In this document: piece after piece, positions 57,215-64,000 of the stretch
Layout: each line of letters begins with the position of its first letter
How positions within the stretch are numbered: the first letter of the stretch is position 1
NCBI GenBank assembly: GCA_047495785.1
Contig: JBLDXI010000056.1
Span: forward strand, 124,001 to 188,000
From: Lepidodermella squamata
Taxonomy: Eukaryota; Animalia; Gastrotricha
DNA length: 64,000 bases
Direction of reading: 5' to 3'
The notes under the pieces: generated by a model
What the model was told of the DNA's origin: nothing
Databases searched by the model: none
The model's input: the letters and a program-made list of their open reading frames with translations, nothing else
Position numbers and translations under genes: made by a program

Positions 57215-57543
57215 ATATAAGGAAAAAAACCGACGGCTCTCGAGGACGACCCAAGAAAGATGGGTCAAACTCGATTGAAATAATAGTAGAAGACGTGGAC
57301 TTGCACGCCACAGAATTAACGGCATTAAATAGAGATGAATGGCAAACAACAGTTTCAGAACTGGAAAATTACGAATGTTATGGTAAAAGCAAATTGCAAA
57401 CTGCGGGGGTGGGCGTTTTTTCTTAAAGTTTGCCTTCCTTCGCTTTCCACAAAGCCCGAAAGGGTATAGACGCCTTAGTCTATACCCTTTCGGTTAAGTT
57501 ACTAAGTTAAATAAAATCATTCATATTCATATTCATATTCATT
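57215..57543 (+). mobile_element. RTE-like LINE 3' end with stem-loop and (ATTCAT)n tail
   Basis: SRGRPKK...LTALNRDEWQTTV resembles the RTE ORF C-terminus. There is a perfect 16-bp hairpin at 57456-57493 and (ATTCAT)n at ~57519-57543. Confidence 0.5.
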
Positions 57544-59489
57544 GGAATTCTTCCACCACATTTAAAGAAAAGACAACATGAACTGTTCCTCATCTGTGCT
57601 TATGAGACGGCTTTTTAGGCGCTTTCATATGCGTGCTCTTCGATTCTCAGGTAACAGGTAAGGATCGATCAACTTGGATGATGACGAGCACCAATACATT
57701 TACACTTAATGAATCTGAATGTCGGATGCACTTCTCAGATTCTCAGATTCGGATTCTCAGAGAAATACATCAGAAATTCAGATTCATCAAGTGCACAAGT
57801 ATTCATGCTCGTCATCATCCAGGTAATGAGTAATGAGTAAATAGTCATAAGTAGAGCCTCGGCTTAATTACTCATGACTCTTATAACGAAAAGCAGCCTT
57901 TTCATAATAAACTTTGAAAGCATGCGCTCGATAAATCAATTTCCAAGGAATTTGAGTCAATTTCTGAGAGGATATTGCAAAGAGGATATCAGAATGGGAA
58001 AGATTAATCATACATCTTCAAACTTTATTCAACTTCATGGGTCGACAATTTTGAGTGGGGAATGATTGTTGCTTCTTTGTCTTCTTCCTTCTTTCACTCC
58101 ACGAAAAAGTGATTGTTTGTATAAGATTGTTTACCAATCGGCAACCGAAGCCTGAGGACCGCGGTTCGACCAACAATCATGGGACTCATAATCTTGTGGT
58201 GACGTCTGATTATTGACTGATGATAATAAAAGAAAACAAAATCTTCTTTGATGCTAACTGCTACACGTTGAAAGGAAACTTGAATAAATAAGAGTGTACG
58301 AGAGTAGTAAAGAGAGTACGAGTATGAAGAGTATGAGTATGCTATTAATACTCATATATATTGAATATTTTAATACCTATTCATTGGAATGTGGCTATTG
58401 TGAATATTATTTGCCTAGAGATCAGATAATAAAATTTGATTTTGATTGATCTGATGTCTATGATTGTTCGATTTGCGAAGACTTCTCCGTGTAGCTCCAT
58501 CTCGGAGGAGCGTGTATTTGCTCAGTTTAGATGCTTACTAAGGTTAGATACTCTCGGAATGATACTCCAAGATCTCTTCTGATAAATCTTTTCGAAAGCA
58601 AACTTAAAATCTCTTATCCCTTAGTTTACTGATCATTTCACGAGGTATTGAATTCAACAGAATGATAGCGCAGCGTGAGTATCCAGGTTGACAAAGGAGT
58701 AAGTAAAAACAGAGCAGACTCCTCAAGGAGCAGCTATCATTTAGCTAAATCCGAGTAGGCATAGGTTCAGCGAAACCTTGGGTGCTACGTGGCATTAGAG
58801 TACGCTTCCTAGATTCTATCTAGATCATCTGAAATCTAGCATTCATGGGCTCGGAGTAAGAATAGCTCACTAAGCTCTTCTCAATAGCGCATTGTTACGG
58901 AGAGTGAATGAATACGAGAAGATCACCGAGAGAGGTTCTCATGAAAGCATGGAGTAATAAAGATGAATTCCAAGAGACTCAACTATGAACTTGATGCGCA
59001 GGGATTACTGTCTGTATATACCAGATGAGGGATAGGAAGGAATTGATAACAAGAAAAAGGCAGATTAGTGAAAGAGTAAACCTGAGCAAAAAGCCAGACT
59101 GAGGAGACATGGCAAACGGCGAACGACTAGCAGACGTCTTACGCCATGAATGCTCGAAGACGACGAAGAAGAGTCACGAGGAAGACGACGCTATATCACA
59201 GCAACTAATTGTCCAGAAAAAATATAATTTTTCCAAATATTTTTTGGCTACTAGTTTTCACAAAGAATTCAAAAAGATGAACTCAGAAAACGAGCATCTG
59301 CCGCAGTCGCCCACCACAAACAGAGAAAAACGGGGGGGTCGGCTTCCGCCTAACAGCAGTCCCGGAGTCCCGGGACCTGCCCATGGCTTATTGCCGGGCC
59401 AGTATCTGTAACCGCCGCAGCAGTTTGAGCAATAGGCGCTCTCAATTTCATTCTCTAGTTCACTATCTGTTGAAGCAGTGTGATTCAAA

Positions 59490-59922
59490 CGTGGACTCTG
59501 GAGCCTTTTGGTCTCTTTTCGGCTTTTTGTGGGCTCCGGAACGTTTTTTGGTTTTTTCGAGGTTGGACTCCAAATGGGCTCCGAACCTGGACTCCGCCAG
59601 GCTCCATCGGACTCTCTCACTTGAAAGCGGTCACCAAATGGAGATTGCCCATGAATCCGCGAACTTTTAATGCATTTTAAGCCCATCTTCGGCTTGAAAA
59701 TGCTCAACAAAGCGTTAGCTAAAGTTCGCATCGCTCGAGATTCGACTTTTTGAGTAGTTTTTGAGGCCGCGAATTTTTTTGAACCCTAGGGAAAAAGCGC
59801 ATATCACCCCTAAAAAGTGCATATCACCCCCGGATTTTACTGAATACACCTGTGTGGACTCCCCCGGCGTTTTTGGGCTCCGACTGCGGACTCCAAACTT
59901 TTTGGGCTTGGACCACACTGTG
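59490..59922 (-). mobile_element. One end of a DNA transposon with a CACAGTG terminus (Transib-like) and subterminal repeats
   Basis: The minus strand begins CACAGTGTGGTCCAAGCCCAAAAAG at 59922. TGGACTCC / TGGGCTCCG motifs recur and GCATATCACCCC is duplicated. No partner TIR was found. Confidence 0.4.
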
Positions 59923-61330
59923 TTGAAGTAATAGACAGCAGCTTGACCGATTTCTAAGCATTCTTTATTTTCTTAGACCCAAAACCTAAACCAAAACCTA
60001 AAAAACTGACATCATTGTGTTTCAAATGACTATCAAGAAAATGATATCCCCTGTACCGCTTATTGGGCCTCATTCAAAGAGCAATTTCAAAAAGCCATTG
60101 AAGAACACAATCCACAATGAACTCGACCAATCCAATCCTGCAAGCCTCCGGCATCATTTTGAAATGAATTGAAATATTGATTTCAGTTTACGCAACCAAC
60201 AAACCAATGCGCATACGTAGTAGTTTTGACCGGACAATTTGCTATTGGAGTGAATTTGAAGTGTACTTTTTGGGCGTGCCCTGTTCAGGCCAGCATAGTC
60301 GGGTGCAAGTAATGGTACCTTCTTACAAAGCGTAAAACTGCACGCTGATTTTCATGGAAAAACTTCCATCTCAATATGTGCATCTGGACAGCTGCGAAGA
60401 GGAAAGTTTTGTTTCAGCATCCGAGCGCCCTTTTTGGTATAAACGAATAGCAGCAACTTTATTAAACAGTTATAATTAAATGAATACACCACTCCACTTT
60501 TAAATAATAAACTCATGGAACTGCATTTGACGTGTTTTATTCTCAACCTGAAGTTTCCATCGATAAACTCATGTAAATAGTGATCAACTCACAGATTTAT
60601 CGCCATTATTTCCGGATAATTTTTTTCTCAAAAAAGAAAAACAACAAGGCGCTTCATTCAATATAATCGTAACGTAATAACTATGTATATAATTCAATAT
60701 TTCCGCTCATCGATCGAACTGGTAAAATGATGATCATTAGAAACAAAATAATTCCGCTTAACAAGGGTTGACCTTTACACAGTAAACAAAACAAAATTTC
60801 ATTTTTTTTATATAGAGATTGCATGTTGTGTTCGTGTTAGCCCGAAAAAGAACGCGCCGCAGGAAAGAAATTAAAATATCGGAGAAAAATAAATTAGACA
60901 GAAAGGAACAGTTTTTTTTCATCAGATTGCCAGAAAACAGGTAATAAATAAATGAACATGAAAATGATAAGTTATGTAATATATTAACTCTTCAAAATTT
61001 GTTCAAGAGTGAATTTCAAGAATGATGAATCGCGCAGGGACAGCAGTGTCGACACAAAGAACAGAAGACGAAAAGAAAAAAAGCATTGATCTCGGTTTTT
61101 TTCCCCAGTTACAAAAAAGTTACTGACTTGGTTAATACTCATAAAATGTGAGATAAAATCGATAAAAATTATAATGCGTGTAAGGCAGGTAAGTAAACGG
61201 CAGTTGTTACTCATAGTTTTACTCACGATCAGGCAACCAAGTGATCGAGCACGTCGAACGCAATCAGGCGTGACCAGGTACGACTGCTGAGGTGATAAAA
61301 AAAGATAGAACAATTTCCGCGTTTTCCGTC

Positions 61331-63491
61331 TCACTCTTGCAAATACTCCTCATCATCGACATACTCAACGTCGTCGTGCTGTCCGAAAGATGTGACCATC
61401 TGATGCTGCGAGTGCTCACCGCCCTCTTCGCTTTGGTCAAGCGGCGCGCCCAGTTCAGCCGACCACCACGCCAAAGTCGCGCATCGCACCGCATCGAGCC
61501 ACCTCGCGTACGTGTAGCGCGACTCGGCGCGGAACAGGTACACGTGCGATTTGAACTGCAGGCGGAAGACGAGCTGCGACTCGCCAGTCGCCGGCGACAC
61601 GGTGTAGCCGAGGAGCGGCAGACTCGCCAGCGGGGCGGCGTCGTAGCACGACTTGAAGAAATGCAGCGCGCAATCTGCGGCCAGGACAACCCATAGTTTC
61701 TGCCAGCCCGGGGCGGATTTGAACTTCCGCAGCAGGTACGAACTCAACTGAGCTGCGGAGCCGGCGAGGCGAACGTCGTCGACGCCCAGCGACAGCGCCC
61801 GGTGCCAGCAAACGTGGGCGAGGGACACGCCACCCGCGCCAGTCGCCGTCGTCGCGTTCGAAACAGGGTGCGTCGCGATTGGCATGCTCGAATGCGGGTG
61901 CTGCGGGTCGTTGCGGTCGACAAAGGCGAGATTCGCGTCCGGCGACAGCGACGACGCTTCCGACGCTGAGACGATGGGCGGCGACAGCGAGCTGGAGTCT
62001 GTCATTGGGTTCGTGGGCGGCCGCCGTCTCGGCAGCGAGTTCGAGCCCTGGTTCGACGTGCCAGCGCCTGCCATTGAGATGGCCGCTCGCAGATCGGCCG
62101 CCCACCTGCGCCAGTCGCCGAGACTCGTCGCGACGAGGTGCAGGCGCCGGCCGGTCGGCGTCTCGACCAACTGCAGCCGGCCGGGCTCGGCATCGGGCGA
62201 GTTGATGAAACTCAACTCCCGCAGCGCGATTCGGCTGTGCAACCGGAACAACGGGCCGCTGGTTCCAGGCTGGGCCGGCCCTGGCGCCCTGGCCGCGTAC
62301 AGCAGCCCATCGGCTAGCAGGACGAATAGGCGCGGCTGGTAGCCTTTCCGCGTCAACTTGTGGAGGCAGCCTAGCCGCACGAAGTCGGCATGGGCCCCGA
62401 TCGGGAAGATTTGTTGGTCGTCGGAGTTGGCGCCGAGTGACGCGCGGAGTTCCAGCAGGACCCTGGCTGAGTCGACGCGGCCCAGAACCGAGGCGGAACC
62501 GGCTAGCAGGTCCGAAAGGCGGGCTAGTAAGGCCGAGGCGTCTAACGAGTCGGGGTGGGTGGGCGATAGGTGGCCGACGTAGGTCGCGAGGAGATGCCGG
62601 TAGGCTAGCAGCCGATGCGCTGGTCTGCAGAGGAGAAGCGCCGGCGATATGTAGAAGGCAGCGAGGTTGGCGTCGCTGGAGCCGGACGCCAACGCCTCGG
62701 ACAGGGCGGCGATGTCTGAGCCGACCGCGGGGGACCAGAGCACGGCTAGGAGCCGGGCTAGGTACGACCTGTAGAGGTGGAGAACCGTGGTCAGGGACAT
62801 CAGGATGTCGCCGATTTGCAGCAGAGCCGTCTGACCGCGGATCACCGAGGCGGTCATAGCGGCGTCTGCGCAAACCGCGGAGCACGCTGCTGTCCACGCG
62901 CAGAGGCGCGATTCCAATTCGGCGGCGAAGGCGCGGTGGAAAGTTAGCAACGGGTGAAGGGTGGACGAGGCGAAGGCGCACAGGCAGTTGAGGCCGCCGC
63001 TGCCTGCCCCGTTGTCGGACCCGGTTTCTGAGTCCGAGGCGAGGCCAGGGCCGTCGTGGGCGTGGCGCCGAGGCGAGGCGACTGCGAGCGCGGCCGGAAG
63101 TCTCACCGCGGCTAGTTCGAGATCTCTGAGGAAGGTGCGTTCTGTTAGGACTAGCTCTTTCACTATGAAAAATAGGTCATCGGGTTCCTCGAGGGGTTCC
63201 GGCACGGGTGTCTGGCCTCGGAGGGGCCGAGGCGATGGGTACGCCGGCAGTTCGACGGGTTCGGTCGGCTGGGGCGGCTGGCGCGGCGAGGCGAGTCTCG
63301 ACGCTGCTGATTCGCATGAGATCGTCACGGGTGATTTGCTTGGAACCTGTTGTTGCTGTTGTTGTTGCTGAGACTGTGATTGGTTCGCGGCGCCAGGGCG
63401 GCCGCCTCGGCCCAGGGAGGACGTCGAGCCGATTGATGACTGCTGCACAGGCCGCCTTTGCTGGGTAACAAGCGTATGCTCCTCGTCACTG
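61331..63491 (-). CDS. FARP: Terminal exon of a FARP1/2 (CDEP)-like RhoGEF: DH-PH-PH; upstream exons lie beyond the window
   Basis: DH start FFIVKELVLTERTFLRDLE, PH1 FVRLGCLHKLTRKGYQPRLFVL, linker HVCWHR, and PH2 LSSYLLRKFKSAPGWQKLWVV...PLASLPLLGY...VFRLQFKSHVYLFRAES. Acceptor TTTTCAG at 63492. Confidence 0.88.
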
Positions 63492-64000
63492 CTGAAAAGT
63501 ACAGAATCATTACTAATATTCCCGAAAATGAGAAAATGAGCTAAAATAAATCCCAAAATTCGAAAAAATTGAATTTACTATAAAATCAGTGAAAAACATT
63601 TTTAAATTCACCGAAAATTGAAAAATTTGCGGATAATTTTTGTAGCTTTAAATTTGACAAAAAAAATGAAAATAACAAAATTATTTACGCAAATCGAACT
63701 ATAGATTTGGCAAGTCGAGGCATTTCCACTTTCATGGTTCCTAATAGTTAGCTCCAGGGGAGATTTAAGCAGAATATGCGAGGAATAAAATGAAAATTCA
63801 TATCTTTTGCATCGTCATAAATAAGAAAATGTTCATCACTAATTCCAATAAATTCGAATTTATTTTCTCACGAGTGCGAGGAACGCTTTTTCTCGAGATG
63901 AAATTAGGCCTGAAAACCCGAGCTATTAAGGCGTCTCGCTTTTACGCGGTTGAACAAGCTTTTCCCTATGCATTTTGTATGAGATGGGCCAATTTTTCGC

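Noticed and set aside
59109-59731. 100-157 aa ORFs on both strands
   Set aside because: They overlap transposon-like subterminal repeats and show no domain or splice support.
61455-62981. 508-aa Arg/Pro-rich overlapping ORF and several + strand ORFs over the FARP exon
   Set aside because: These are alternative-frame shadows of a GC-rich exon with few stops and show no domain signal.

Overview
Eukaryotic (animal, apparently invertebrate) genomic DNA with AT-rich introns and intergenic DNA, GT-AG spliceosomal introns and the standard code. The organism cannot be named from the sequence. Gene order: PSMC1/Rpt2 (+, 3 exons); a minus-strand tandem cluster of small secreted Lys-rich peptide-precursor genes (three open copies, one pseudogene and one frameshifted copy nested antisense in PSMC1 intron 2); an FMNL-type formin (+, 7 exons); NDUFAF7/MidA (+, 4 exons); a ~14 kb minus-strand gene with many ~45-65 nt introns encoding a giant mosaic protein (EGF, C-type lectin, F5/8 discoidin, fibrinogen-related, PAN, Sushi); a shortened, divergent Fat/Fat4-like cadherin (-, 7 exons); a TE-rich interval; and the last exon of a FARP-like DH-PH-PH RhoGEF (-). 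The best candidate for an undescribed system is the peptide cluster at ~4.36-11.4 kb, which the ORF track mostly misses because an intron splits the signal peptide. The open copies share a signal peptide, an acidic pro-piece and Glu-containing xxxR motifs resembling spider-venom processing quadruplets. They would release cecropin-like or cupiennin-like amphipathic cationic peptides, and all five copies share an upstream promoter motif. Exon coordinates were read by hand from splice signals and frame continuity. Family assignments rest on recalled motifs, not database searches.
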